64,000 bases of DNA from assembly GCA_964491475.1 (NCBI GenBank), contig CAZBFO010000005.1, positions 64,841 to 128,840 of the forward strand, read 5' to 3'. The number at the start of each line of letters is the position of its first letter. Position 1 is the stretch's first letter. The notes beneath the pieces were generated by a model, which was not told the origin of the DNA, ran no database searches, and saw only the letters and a list, made by a program, of their open reading frames with translations. The position numbers were made by a program, and so were the translations under genes. This document shows positions 49,370 to 59,485 of the stretch, one piece after another. Source of the stretch: an uncultured Gammaproteobacteria bacterium (GTDB lineage: Bacteria; Patescibacteriota; Patescibacteriia; SG8-24).

Positions 49370-50068
49370 ATGATTTCCGTCTTTCCGTCCGGCTCACGCG
49401 GCCACGTCGACTTCGGCTGGCTCGATACCCGTCATTCCTTTTCGTTCGGCAACTGGTACAACCCCGATCGCATGGGCTTTCACGCGCTGCGGGTCATAAA
49501 CGAGGACCGCATCTTGCCCGACAACGGCTTCGGCAAGCATTTCCATGACGACATGGAGATTCTCACCTACGTCTACGAGGGCGCGCTGACTCATCAGGAC
49601 AACGCCGGCGGCGGGGGAGTGATTCGGCGCGGCGACGTGCAGCGCATGAGCGCCGGCCGCGGCATCATTCACAGCGAGTTCAACAAGTCGAAGACGTCGG
49701 AATGCAAGCTGCTGCAGATTTGGATCATTCCGAATGAATTCGGCATCGCGCCGGAATACGACCAGAAGCAGTTTTCCGAGGACTCGAAGCGCGGCACGCT
49801 GCGGTTGATCGCCTCGGGCGACGGGCGCGACGGTTCGCTGCGCATGCACCAGGACGCGAACGTGTACGCATCGATTTTGCCGAAGGGCCGTGGCGCGGAA
49901 TTGCCGCTGACAACGGGCCGACACGCGTGGCTGCAGGTGGTACGCGGCCACTTGGAGATAAACGAGACGCCTCTCATGGCCGGCGATGGTGCGGAGATCG
50001 AAGGCGAAACTCGCTTGGATTGCGCCGCGAAAGAGGAGGCGGAGTTTTTGATTTTCGATTTGCCGTAG
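49370..50068 (+). CDS. Pirin family protein (YhhW-like)
   Basis: HSFSFG, LRVINED, HFHDDMEI, MSAGRGIIHSE, LQIWI. Confidence 0.95.
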   Translation: MISVFPSGSRGHVDFGWLDTRHSFSFGNWYNPDRMGFHALRVINEDRILPDNGFGKHFHDDMEILTYVYEGALTHQDNAGGGGVIRRGDVQRMSAGRGIIHSEFNKSKTSECKLLQIWIIPNEFGIAPEYDQKQFSEDSKRGTLRLIASGDGRDGSLRMHQDANVYASILPKGRGAELPLTTGRHAWLQVVRGHLEINETPLMAGDGAEIEGETRLDCAAKEEAEFLIFDLP

Positions 50069-50159
50069 CGATTGCGAGCAAAGAAAAGACCTCGCCAGCC
50101 GGGGAGCCAATGCAAAAGGCGCAGGAAAGTTCCTGCGCCTTTGTCGTGAGATGAGACGG

Positions 50160-50489
50160 TCAGTTCCGGACGCCGGCGTCCGTGTCGACCACGATGGTCC
50201 ACTCGGAGAGCATCCAGCCGAGAACGGCGATTTTCAGGTTGTGGTCGATGTCGAAGGAGTGGAGCAGCGCCTTGAAGCAGTCCCACTGCTTCGTTTGGAG
50301 CGCCTTGTCGTCCGTGTTGAAGGCCAGCTTGGTCTTCTTGGTTCCCTCGACGAAGGTGAAGTAGGCGATCTCGGTCCAACGATTGCCCCTCTTGAAATCC
50401 TCGGGGCAGCTTTGAACGAGTTCCTGCTCGTTGGAGAGGCCGCCAAAGCCGAAGGGGGTGCCGGAGCAGAGCATTTCAGCAGCGTTCAT
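50160..50489 (-). CDS. Hypothetical protein
   Basis: GAGG RBS; TTGACA-17-TATCCT promoter upstream on the minus strand (50556-50584). Confidence 0.7.
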   Translation of the reverse strand: MNAAEMLCSGTPFGFGGLSNEQELVQSCPEDFKRGNRWTEIAYFTFVEGTKKTKLAFNTDDKALQTKQWDCFKALLHSFDIDHNLKIAVLGWMLSEWTIVVDTDAGVRN

Positions 50490-50652
50490 TCTGGGCCTCT
50501 TTTTGTATGGCTAGCGTTGCCGGTATTCGTTGATAAAACAGCGAAACTTAGGCTAAGGATAGCATAAAATTTGAATTTTGTCAAGGGTGCAACAAAGTAA
50601 AAATCGCTACGAAAAAGCGCCTCTCCCACTTTGGGCTTGAGGCGCTTTTTCG

Positions 50653-50740
50653 TGGTGCCCAGGGCCGGACTCGAACCGGCATGAGGTTTCCCTCGGGAGA
50701 TTTTAAGTCTCCGGTGTCTGACCAATTTCACCACCCGGGC
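50653..50740 (-). tRNA. tRNA-Leu(TAA)
   Basis: GCCCGGG...CCTGGGCACCA; anticodon loop ct-TAA-aa; terminator hairpin at 50612-50651. Confidence 0.95.
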
Positions 50741-50774
50741 GCGCGCAAAACATACGGCATTTCTGCCGGGTTGT

Positions 50775-51782
50775 CTAACGCTTGCGCTTGGATTTTTTCT
50801 CGAATGCCAGCGCGGCGGATTCGATTTCTCCGCGATCAAAGCGGGTCGTCGCGTCCGGAGTAATCATGCCGAGCACTTTGTAGACGTCGTCCTCGGTGCG
50901 CGAAGCGAGGCGCTTTTTTCCTTTCCAAATGCCGTACTCGTTCAGCTTCAAGCCCTTGGTGATGGCCATTTTGCGCACGGTGACGTTGTGGTTCTTGTCG
51001 CCGGTAAAATATTGCAACGCCGCGCCGAAGCTTTCGTCGGTGATGACACGCACGTCGGCCTGCATGCCGTTGGTCAAACGCACGGTGGTCTTGGTCGGAC
51101 CGTGTTCCAGCACTTCAGTGACTTCGGGGAAACCGGTGAACACGGCCATCACTTTCTCCGGCTGCGAGGTGGTCACTAGGATGTCGATGTCGCCGATGGT
51201 TTCCTGGCGGCGTCGCACCGAGCCGGCCACTTCGGCGTGCTTCACGCCGCGCAGCGCGCGAAGTTCCGCGACCATGCGCTCGGCGATCGGCAGCACTTCG
51301 GCCAACGGGTGTCGGCCGGTCGCCGTTTTCATGCGTGCGAGGCTCTGACGGATTTTTTCCTCGGTCTTGGCGCCAAGCCCGGGCAGCTTTGAGAGCGATC
51401 CGTCCCGCACGACGCGTTCCAGGTCGGCAAGCGTCTTCACCTTGAGCTTCTTGTACAGCAGCTTGGCCCGTTTCGCGCCGACTTCGTCGACCGAGGTGAG
51501 CAGGAGCAGGTCCATCGGGTAGCGCTTCTTGCAGGTGCGGTATTCGGCGAACGAACCGGTGGCGAGCAGCTTCTCGACGTGCTTGCTGATGGCTTCGCCG
51601 ACGCCCTCGATTTTTCGCAACGCCTTCCGTCCGCCTTCGGCATAGAGCGTTTCGGCCTGCTCGTGCGCGCCGGCAAACGCGTCCGCCGCGCGCTCGTACG
51701 CGGCAGGCTTGAACGTCACCCCGTCCATCTCGTAGCAGATGGCCATCTCGCGGAGCACATTGGCGATTTCCTGATTCGTCAT
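50775..51782 (-). CDS. polX: Family X DNA polymerase lacking the PHP domain
   Basis: HhH motifs, GSVRR, GDIDIL, QADVR, YFTG, LNEYG. Confidence 0.9.
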   Translation of the reverse strand: MTNQEIANVLREMAICYEMDGVTFKPAAYERAADAFAGAHEQAETLYAEGGRKALRKIEGVGEAISKHVEKLLATGSFAEYRTCKKRYPMDLLLLTSVDEVGAKRAKLLYKKLKVKTLADLERVVRDGSLSKLPGLGAKTEEKIRQSLARMKTATGRHPLAEVLPIAERMVAELRALRGVKHAEVAGSVRRRQETIGDIDILVTTSQPEKVMAVFTGFPEVTEVLEHGPTKTTVRLTNGMQADVRVITDESFGAALQYFTGDKNHNVTVRKMAITKGLKLNEYGIWKGKKRLASRTEDDVYKVLGMITPDATTRFDRGEIESAALAFEKKSKRKR

Positions 51783-51896
51783 ATGCGGCAGTGTAGCAAA
51801 TGCGCCGTTTTTTCGCAGTCTCCGGGATTGACGGCGCCGATATTTCGTGCAATCCTCTCCGGGTCCTTTTCACTCAAGAACTGGACAGGAGAAGTC

Positions 51897-53111
51897 ATGC
51901 GATTCCGAACCTGGGTCACGTTCTTGTGCTTGCTTCTGTCGTCGCTGTGCGCGGCGACGGCGTGGGCGGCTCCGCCAGATGCGGCTGCCGCGGCACAACT
52001 GGCGTCGGCACGTCGCAGCGTCATCGCGCTTCAGGAAACCGCCGAGCGCGGCACGATCACCCGCAGCCAGGCCGAAGAGGCCTCGCGCCCGTACCTCGAG
52101 CAGGCGGCGAAGGCAGTCGGCCACCCCGTCACCGTCGAGCAGCTGGTCACCATGCCGGACGCCGAGGCGACCGCCGCCCCCGAACCGCAGCTCACCGGAC
52201 TGCAGCGGTTCGCGGGCTATATCACCCTGATCAACGTCCTGAAGACCTTGGGTGCCGCACTGGGCGTCCTGTGCTTCACGATCCTCTTTGGCTCGTACGT
52301 GATCGACCTGATCAAGGCGCTCAAGAACGTGCCGCTGGTCGTCTATGAAGTCATTTTCTACGGCTTGAGCGTCGGCCTGCTCGTCTACGGACGCACGTTG
52401 TCCGCCGAGAACGCGCCGTACTGTGGCTTGGTAGGTTCGCTGCTCTTTGCGGGCACGATGGCCTTCTCGCGGAAGATGCGCAAGTTCGTCGACGACGGGT
52501 TCCGCTTCTGCGGCATCCTGTTCGTGATCTGGACGGCAACCGCCCTGGTGTACCACAGCTCGATGATCGGCTTCATCGCCGTGACCGCGCTGCTCGGGGC
52601 ACTGGGATTCAGCGTCGCCGCGGGCCCGCTGTGCTACTGCATCGGCTTCAAGGACGAGGCGGCCGTCGGCAAGGCGACTTCCTCGGCGTTCCTGATCCTG
52701 GCGACGTTCGTGGGCATGCGCGTCCTCGGAAAGCACGTCGTCGTCCTCGCGCCGTTCGAGTTCGGCGCGCTCTTCATGGGCAGCTTCGTCGGCTACCTCG
52801 GTCTGCTCATCTCGTCGAGCCGCTGGTATGACGGCAAGCGCGCCAACTACGTGCTGTTCCAGATCGTCACGATCGTCGCCGGCTTCGCGGCCATCTTTGT
52901 CGGTTCGGTCTTCGGCATCGGCGAGCTGCTCAAGATCGGCGGCACCTTCTTCGTCCTGTATATCTTGGAGAAGACCATCGAGATTCCGGCCAGCGGCGTT
53001 CGCGGTTACGCGGCAGTCGGCCTCGCCGCGTCCGTCGTCCTGTTCGCCATCGGCATGTTCGCCCGCAGCAACATGGACCTGGTCGCCCCGTATCTGTTCA
53101 CGCTGCACTGA
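51897..53111 (+). CDS. Hypothetical multi-TM membrane protein with signal peptide
   Basis: AGGAG RBS; about 10 TMs; terminator downstream. Confidence 0.8.
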   Translation: MRFRTWVTFLCLLLSSLCAATAWAAPPDAAAAAQLASARRSVIALQETAERGTITRSQAEEASRPYLEQAAKAVGHPVTVEQLVTMPDAEATAAPEPQLTGLQRFAGYITLINVLKTLGAALGVLCFTILFGSYVIDLIKALKNVPLVVYEVIFYGLSVGLLVYGRTLSAENAPYCGLVGSLLFAGTMAFSRKMRKFVDDGFRFCGILFVIWTATALVYHSSMIGFIAVTALLGALGFSVAAGPLCYCIGFKDEAAVGKATSSAFLILATFVGMRVLGKHVVVLAPFEFGALFMGSFVGYLGLLISSSRWYDGKRANYVLFQIVTIVAGFAAIFVGSVFGIGELLKIGGTFFVLYILEKTIEIPASGVRGYAAVGLAASVVLFAIGMFARSNMDLVAPYLFTLH

Positions 53112-53386
53112 CCGCACGCTTCGTCCCCGGCATTTCGTCGGGGATTTTTTTATACGAAAATCCGCCCGATTGCGAGGGCGGAAGCAGGTCATTTTTCCTT
53201 GCCGAAGAGCCGGTTGCAGATTTTGTCGACCAGGTACAGCGGGCCGATCAGCAGTTGCAGGAGGTTGGTGAGAAAGGCGGGAGAGCCGCGAAAAGGAGCG
53301 GGATGACTTTGTCGGGAAGCGGGCATTGCGTCAACCGCAAAGAAAAAACGTCGGCATCGCGATGATGCCGACGTTGCGTGTCGGAG

Positions 53387-54073
53387 CTACTGGCCGCTGC
53401 AGGCCCCGGCGCTGTCGCCGTGCGCCAAGTGCGCCTTGACTGCGGATTTGCCCACGCAGATGGTGTGGGCTTCGCCGTGGTTGCCGGGCGGAACGTGGCA
53501 GACGAGCGCCTTTGAAGCCGGACACTCGGGCGGTCCGCCCGAGTGGTCGTGGCCGCTGCAGTGCGGCACGCATGCGCCGTCGTCGCAGACTTTTCCGTCG
53601 GGGCAGTCGCTGTCGCGGCGGCAGCCGGAACCGGTTCCGTCTCCGGCATCACCCGAGGAACCCCCCGAGTCGCCGTTGCCCGAACCCGCATCGTTGCCGC
53701 CGCCGGAGCCGCCGCCGGAATCTTCCGACGAGCCGCTGCCGGCATCCTGCGTCTGACCTCCGCCGCCGGCATCGTCACTGGTCGAGCCGCCGCCGTCGCA
53801 GTCCGGCCTGCAGAGATGGTCTTGGCAGATCTGCCCTGCGCCGCACTCGCGATCGTCCTCGCAGGACGTCGAACCCGGGTTGCCGCCTTGGCCGTCGTTG
53901 TCGGGGTTTACCCCGCTCGTCGGCGGACCATTGGGCGTGGGCTGGTCGTTCTGGCCGCCACCGTTATCGGTCGCGTCCGCTCCAACCTCCGAGCCGCAGC
54001 CGATGGAAACGGCGCAGCCGATGAGTGCCAGGATGACAATTGATGTTCCGGTCGTTTTGATCGTTACGTTCAT
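53387..54073 (-). CDS. Gly/Asp- and Cys-rich putative lipoprotein
   Basis: Lipobox SIGC; two C..D..C..G..C....C repeats; C-term CHVPPGN..TICV..AHLAHGD..GAC; GGAGAGG RBS. Confidence 0.75.
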   Translation of the reverse strand: MNVTIKTTGTSIVILALIGCAVSIGCGSEVGADATDNGGGQNDQPTPNGPPTSGVNPDNDGQGGNPGSTSCEDDRECGAGQICQDHLCRPDCDGGGSTSDDAGGGGQTQDAGSGSSEDSGGGSGGGNDAGSGNGDSGGSSGDAGDGTGSGCRRDSDCPDGKVCDDGACVPHCSGHDHSGGPPECPASKALVCHVPPGNHGEAHTICVGKSAVKAHLAHGDSAGACSGQ

Positions 54074-54221
54074 CTGAACCTCTCCGTGGTCAAGGAGCCT
54101 CTGTACGTCAGAGTACAGCAAAAAAACGTCAAAAAGTCAATACTCGCCCGGTTTCCGAGAGGGTGGTCACGACGATGCATAAGTGTTAAGCTCGACACGT
54201 CATTCACTCACTCCTGTCGCT

Positions 54222-54401
54222 ATGCCTAAGGTTTGCACCGAATGCGGGTTCGCGGCTCCCATGCCCGAACCGCCAGTCCCCCCAAAGGGCGCGGGGACCG
54301 TTCCTCCAGTCGAGGAACCGAACAAGTGCCTGAACTGCGGCAAGGAAGGCACGATGGAAGAAGTGCCCGACTTGCCGAGCGGCGAAGAAGAGCAGGAGTA
54401 A
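54222..54401 (+). CDS. Small zinc-ribbon protein
   Basis: CTECG...CLNCG, acidic tail, hairpin downstream. Confidence 0.55.
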   Translation: MPKVCTECGFAAPMPEPPVPPKGAGTVPPVEEPNKCLNCGKEGTMEEVPDLPSGEEEQE

Positions 54402-54529
54402 GACGAAAGCCGCGGTGCCCCTGCGGTTTTTGCTTATCTTGACGCGCGGCTCTTTTTCGGCTATTTTGACATGTCCCTTCGCCATCAGGCGCGGGGCAAA
54501 TGTTCGCCGCTACAAAGGAGAGATAAAGA

Positions 54530-55735
54530 ATGGATATCGCCGCCAGCCAACTCGTCGACGATGCGGTCGTGGAAGATCGCGTGCGATCGGTCATCGCTTC
54601 GGGAGCCAAGATCGTGGTCTCGGCGACCGGTGCCGGACTGGGCCTTCAGGGGCTGATCGGCTCCGTCGGCGGCGCTTCGGAGGCGCTGCTCGACGCCGTC
54701 ACGCCCTACGCGCAACCCGCGCTCGAGGATTTCATCGGTCATCTGCCGGAGAAGTTCTGCTCGCGCGAGGTCGCGCTCTGGATGGCTTCGGCCTCGCATC
54801 GTCGGGCACAGGAGCTGGCCATGCGCATGGGCAACCTGCATGCGCATTACGTCGGCGTCGGCATAACCGGCAGCATCCGCACGGTGAAAGCCAAACGCGG
54901 TCCGCACGTGGTACACATCGCCACGCGCAACAAGGCTGGCTTCGAGACGCTGACCGTCAACTTCGAAAAGGGGTTGCTGTCACGGGCGCAAGAAGCGTCG
55001 TTGTGCGACGTGCTCGGGCTCGAGGCGCTGTTCTGGGCTACGGCGAGTCATGATGGCGGCGATCAGTCGCCGTTCACTCGGTCATCGGGCATGACCTCGG
55101 AGCATTGCTACGAGCAGCTGGACGGAGCCGCCAGGTTCATCACCGAACCGGTCAAGCGGCTCATGCTCGGCGACGACGAGCTGCATGGCCTTCCGGTGTT
55201 CATGCCGGACGGGACGCGAACCAGGCTCGCTAACCTCGACAGGGAAAAGCACATCCTTTTCCCCGGCTCCTTCAACCCGCTGCAGTACGGTCACGAGCGG
55301 ATGGCGCTCCAAACCGAGCAGATGACGGGCAAGAAGGTGGTGTTCTGCATCACCAACCGGCATCCCGACAAGGGCGTCATCTCCGACGCGGAGCTGCTCG
55401 GCCGTGCCGAGCAGTTTCGCTGGCGTTGGCCCGTGGCGTTCACTCGCGGCGACTCGCTCTACATCGAGAAGGCCCGCCAGTTCTCCGGATTCGGATTCCT
55501 GATCGGAGCCGACGCCGCCCTGGGCATCCTTGACGCCAAGTACTACGGCGGCGTCGTCGGGCTCGAAGCCGCGCTGCGGGACTTTCGTTGCCTCCGCACC
55601 AAGTTCCACGTCGTCGGACGGGTCGTAAATGGCGAGTTCATCTCGCCCGAAACGCTCCCTGTCCCGCCGGAGTTCGAAAAGCTGTTCCGTCCGGTCACCG
55701 GTCGTTGGGACATCCGTTCCACGGACCTCCGCTGA
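54530..55735 (+). CDS. CinA/PncC-like domain fused to an HxGH-type nucleotidyltransferase (NadD-like)
   Basis: GGAS..L...TPY, SREVA.WMA, GVGITG; FPGSFNPLQYGH, IGAD; AAGGAG RBS. Confidence 0.8.
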   Translation: MDIAASQLVDDAVVEDRVRSVIASGAKIVVSATGAGLGLQGLIGSVGGASEALLDAVTPYAQPALEDFIGHLPEKFCSREVALWMASASHRRAQELAMRMGNLHAHYVGVGITGSIRTVKAKRGPHVVHIATRNKAGFETLTVNFEKGLLSRAQEASLCDVLGLEALFWATASHDGGDQSPFTRSSGMTSEHCYEQLDGAARFITEPVKRLMLGDDELHGLPVFMPDGTRTRLANLDREKHILFPGSFNPLQYGHERMALQTEQMTGKKVVFCITNRHPDKGVISDAELLGRAEQFRWRWPVAFTRGDSLYIEKARQFSGFGFLIGADAALGILDAKYYGGVVGLEAALRDFRCLRTKFHVVGRVVNGEFISPETLPVPPEFEKLFRPVTGRWDIRSTDLR

Positions 55736-55815
55736 CTCGGCATCGCCGCGCCTTATGGGTGCGGCTTTTTTGTGCAAAACAAAAAGGCCCACCACCGGAG
55801 TGGTCGGCCGTTTTG

Positions 55816-55890
55816 TGGAGCGGGTAGGGGGAGTCGAACCCCCATCTTCACCATGGCAAGGTGACATAATAGCCGCTATACGATACCCGC
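55816..55890 (-). tRNA. tRNA-Gly(GCC)
   Basis: GCGGGTA...TACCCGCTCCA; anticodon loop tt-GCC-at. Confidence 0.95.
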
Positions 55891-55934
55891 ATCTGCCATT
55901 GGTGAAACCATTGTAGGGACGCGCGGAATTTCTG

Positions 55935-56825
55935 TCAACGGTTTTCCGGCCATGAGTCTTCCTCGAGGGCGTTTCTCTTGCGGATGGTCCATGTAGCTGC
56001 GACAACGGCCGCCGCAACCAGCGCTCCGATGCCCAGCAGCCAGGGGATTTTGGAAGGAGGCGTTGCCAGCTTGATGCTGCCCCCGCCCGCCTCAAGGCTC
56101 GCGTCTTCGGCGTTCTTGGACTTTGGAGGGGCCAGAATTCGCGCCGCTTCACCGTCGGCTATCACCAGTTGCAGGCTGTCTGCTCCGGCGAGCAGAATGC
56201 CCCGCACCTCCATCATCGACCCCATCGCCGTCTTTGGCACCGTCGCTTTTTTCGGAAAAACGATCTCGATTTCCTTCTCGCCGCGGTCGTCGCTGATCGA
56301 AAGCGAATGCTTTGCGGCGTGGGTGATCGTACCCTTCAGAAGCACCGGCAGGCCGATCCCATCGTCGAGCTTACCAAGCCCTCGGGAGCCGAAAACCAAG
56401 TCACCGGACGACACGCGGGTTATCTTTTTTCCGACGGTGCCCAGCAGCGGCACTCCTCGAGTCGAGCCCTTCCGTTGCGCGATGACTTTCACGATGTCAC
56501 CGACCGTAAGCGGCGGCAAGGCGTCAGAACCGAACGCGCGAATGAGCATTCCCGAATCACGCCCTCGTTCTTTCGCCGCAAATGTCCTGGCTCCGATGAC
56601 GTTGAACGGCAGCGTCACCGTCACTTCAATGGAGAAGGTCCGATGGTCATCAACGGGAACGTCGGAGAGCGAATCAACGATAAGCGCCGGCGCCGGCATC
56701 GGTGCCGGTGATTTCGTTTTTCGAGAGGGGCGGGAGGCGGCACGCGCGTCCGGCGCCAAAGACAAGTACAAGGTCACTCCGAGAAACGCCGTCGAGACAA
56801 TCCGCCGCAAGGCCAGTGAACGCAT
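55935..56825 (-). CDS. Exported, C-terminally anchored protein, possibly two OB-folds
   Basis: Signal peptide, VGDIVKV/MEVRG beta patterns, C-terminal TM. Confidence 0.65.
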   Translation of the reverse strand: MRSLALRRIVSTAFLGVTLYLSLAPDARAASRPSRKTKSPAPMPAPALIVDSLSDVPVDDHRTFSIEVTVTLPFNVIGARTFAAKERGRDSGMLIRAFGSDALPPLTVGDIVKVIAQRKGSTRGVPLLGTVGKKITRVSSGDLVFGSRGLGKLDDGIGLPVLLKGTITHAAKHSLSISDDRGEKEIEIVFPKKATVPKTAMGSMMEVRGILLAGADSLQLVIADGEAARILAPPKSKNAEDASLEAGGGSIKLATPPSKIPWLLGIGALVAAAVVAATWTIRKRNALEEDSWPENR

Positions 56826-56918
56826 GGTTTGCGCGCTGAAGGTAAAAAGCGCGAAAGGTATAATCGACGCCGGGTTTTGCGTCAAATGCCAAATCGGTTA
56901 CCATGCAACCGTACACGC

Positions 56919-57004
56919 GCGGGCGTGGCGAAATGGCAGACGCGCCGGCCTTAGAAGCCGGTGGGGGAAACCCCGTGGAGGTTCAATTCCTCCCGCCCGC
57001 ACCA
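56919..57004 (+). tRNA. tRNA-Leu(TAG)
   Basis: GCGGGCG...CGCCCGCACCA; anticodon loop ct-TAG-aa. Confidence 0.95.
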
Positions 57005-57016
57005 ACGAACATCACT

Positions 57017-57571
57017 ATGTCCAAAAAAGTAGAGCACGTCGTGCTTATCCACGGCTACGGCGTTTCCGCGCACAACCTGTGGTTTCCCTGGCTCCATCAG
57101 GAGCTGGAGCGGCGCGGCATTCGCGTCACGGCGCCGACCATGCCCGATCCTCTGCGTCCCGATTACAAAAAATGGATGCGACTCGGCAAGCCGATCGCCG
57201 AAGGCTGGTCGCCGCAAACATTGGTGGTCGCTCACAGCTTGGGCGGCACATTGGCGATGCGTCTGCTGCAGCACTCCGCCAAGTCTCGCGTTGCCGGCCT
57301 CGTCCTCGTGAGCCCGCTGTTCGCTGCCAGCATCAGCGTCAAGCCGTTGCTCGCCTTTTTCCAGCAGCCCATCGACTGGCGCCTGCTTCGCAAGCGCGCC
57401 GGCCGCGTACACGTCATTCATGCCAAGAACGATCCTCTCGTCCCCTTCGACCACGGCATGCGCTACGCGGAAATCCTGGAAGGGGAGCTGCACCTCTTCG
57501 CGAAAGGCAGCCACTTTCCGCAAAAGGAATTTCCTTTCCTGCTCAAGACCATTCTCCCCTACGTCGAATGA
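57017..57571 (+). CDS. RBBP9/YdeN-family alpha/beta hydrolase
   Basis: IHGYG, WFPWL, AHSLG, NDPLVP, GSHF. Confidence 0.9.
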   Translation: MSKKVEHVVLIHGYGVSAHNLWFPWLHQELERRGIRVTAPTMPDPLRPDYKKWMRLGKPIAEGWSPQTLVVAHSLGGTLAMRLLQHSAKSRVAGLVLVSPLFAASISVKPLLAFFQQPIDWRLLRKRAGRVHVIHAKNDPLVPFDHGMRYAEILEGELHLFAKGSHFPQKEFPFLLKTILPYVE

Positions 57572-57604
57572 AGAAGCGGCCCGTTCGGCGGGCCGTTTTT
57601 TCAT

Positions 57605-58075
57605 CTAGTAGTGATAAGACTTTCCGGCGATGATGGTCGCTGCGCGGTAAAGCTGTTCCAGCAGGAACACTCGCGCCATCTCGTGAGTAAAAGTCATTTT
57701 GGACATCGATATTTTCTTTTGGGCCCGCGCCAATACCGTCGCGTCCAGCCCGGCCGTTCCTCCGACTACGAAAACGAGATGGGCGCCGGTCTCGCCCTCT
57801 CGATCCAAAGTCTCGGCAAATTCCGTCGAAGAGATTTCTTTTCCCGTGCGTTCCAGGGCCATGACAATTGCACCGGCCGGCAGCCGCTTGAGCAGCCTCT
57901 CGCCCTCGGCGGCCATCGATTGCGTCGGCGTGACCGTGCCCCCGAACGGCTCCGCCGCAACCTCGATCACCTCGACCTTCATGTAGGGCTTCAGCCGACG
58001 CAGGTATTCCTCGGCGGCTTCGTGCCAATGGTCTTCCTTTACCGCTCCAACTGCCAGAACAGTGCAGTGCAACAT
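57605..58075 (-). CDS. rlmH: 23S rRNA (pseudouridine1915-N3)-methyltransferase
   Basis: EYLRRL, FVVGG..G, MTFTHEMARVFLLEQLYRA, YH. Confidence 0.95.
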   Translation of the reverse strand: MLHCTVLAVGAVKEDHWHEAAEEYLRRLKPYMKVEVIEVAAEPFGGTVTPTQSMAAEGERLLKRLPAGAIVMALERTGKEISSTEFAETLDREGETGAHLVFVVGGTAGLDATVLARAQKKISMSKMTFTHEMARVFLLEQLYRAATIIAGKSYHY

Positions 58076-58079
58076 ATTT

Positions 58080-58141
58080 GGCTAAATTAAGCCTAATTAA
58101 TGGGTGACACCCTTGACAAAACGCCCATTTTCTGCTTGAAT
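58080..58141 (+). promoter_or_regulatory. GGCT-N6-AGCC site plus sigma70-like promoter of the diguanylate cyclase
   Basis: ttGGCTaaattaAGCC (58080-58093); TTGACA 58113-17-TTGAAT with extended TG. Confidence 0.6.
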
Positions 58142-58219
58142 TGCTTTGACCCAGAAATGGGATGAATATCGCTCATTTTACCTCAACCTAGTTGAAAACC
58201 CATACATAAGGAGTGTCAG

Positions 58220-59386
58220 ATGGCGAGTTCCAGCCCTCCCGCGCGCAAAAGCAATCCTGCTTCCGGCGCACCGGGTGGAACCGATTCCACCCGACCTTCT
58301 TCCGAAGATGGCCGCAGGTCGACCATCAAGGGGTTCCCCCCGACGCCCGACCTTCCGACGTTCGATTCCTCGTATCGAGGAGTCAGCTCGGAAAGCGGTA
58401 CCACTCCGGCGGTCAAACCGATCACCTCGCGGCCGCCCGGCAGCGACGACAGCCAGGGGTTGAAGGCGGAAGTGCGCAAGCTCTCCCGTCACAACCTCAA
58501 GCTGCAGTCAGACCTGCTGTTCATGGCGAGCACGTTGGAGTCACTTTCCGACGCTGTCGTCGTCGCCGATCACCTCGGCATGATCTTGAGCTTCAACGAC
58601 GCTGCGGCAACCTTGCTGCAAGTCGAGAAGTCCGAGGCCCTCAAAGACAACCTGTTCCGTCTGCTTTTCGACGATCAGGAAGTCATGCCCCGGGGCGACG
58701 GCGGTCATGTGCTGCAGATCCTTCGGGAGCAGCAGCGCGTAGACAGCCATCGTACCGAGATTGCCGGCAAGGTGGATCGCAAGCCCGTACCGGTTCTGCT
58801 CACGCTGAACTACGTCCGTGCCAGCGATCCGCCTGCCATCGTGGCGATCATCAAGAACAACAGCGAGCTCGAGAAGCTGATGCGCACCGACCACCTGACC
58901 GGAATCGCCAATCGCGGCGAGTTCGATGCCAGGCTGTTGCAGGAGTGCAGTCGTATGGATCGCGGCCAGATGAGCATGGTTTCCATGCTCTTCATGGACG
59001 TCGACCTGTTCAAGAGCTTCAACACCAAGTACGGCCATCAGGGCGGTGACGAAGTGCTGAAGGCGGTCGGACGCGTACTCAAGGAGTGCGTTCGCGACAT
59101 CGACACTCCGGCCCGCTACGGCGGCGAGGAATTCGCGGTCATCCTTCCGGGAACGGACGAGGTGGGCGCGATCCGCGTCGCAGAGCGCATCCGGCGCCGA
59201 CTCGAGGCGACGAAAGTGTTCCTCCAAGGGTACGGTGACGTTTCCGTCACCGTTTCCATCGGAGTGAGCACGCGTCTTGCCAAGGGCAGCGATCCGGAAT
59301 CGCTTACGAGCGAGGCCAACGAGGCGATGCGACTCGCCAAGGAGCAGGGCCGCAATCGGACGAGAATCTTCGCCCGAAAGCGCTGA
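58220..59386 (+). CDS. PAS-GGDEF diguanylate cyclase
   Basis: DHLTG, DVDLFKSFN..YGH..GD, RDID I-site, GGEEF; AAGGAG RBS. Confidence 0.95.
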   Translation: MASSSPPARKSNPASGAPGGTDSTRPSSEDGRRSTIKGFPPTPDLPTFDSSYRGVSSESGTTPAVKPITSRPPGSDDSQGLKAEVRKLSRHNLKLQSDLLFMASTLESLSDAVVVADHLGMILSFNDAAATLLQVEKSEALKDNLFRLLFDDQEVMPRGDGGHVLQILREQQRVDSHRTEIAGKVDRKPVPVLLTLNYVRASDPPAIVAIIKNNSELEKLMRTDHLTGIANRGEFDARLLQECSRMDRGQMSMVSMLFMDVDLFKSFNTKYGHQGGDEVLKAVGRVLKECVRDIDTPARYGGEEFAVILPGTDEVGAIRVAERIRRRLEATKVFLQGYGDVSVTVSIGVSTRLAKGSDPESLTSEANEAMRLAKEQGRNRTRIFARKR

Positions 59387-59485
59387 TGCTTCGAGGGACC
59401 CCTATGGGGTCCCTTTTTTCATCCTTGACTGGCCTGCACTGGTGCGATAGATTGCGGTGTTGTCCCTTTTGCAATAGGAGTGACG

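Noticed and set aside
55978-57633. 551-aa ORF, and the 56903 extension of the hydrolase start
   Set aside because: Both run through tRNA-Leu and real genes; the hydrolase more plausibly starts at 57017
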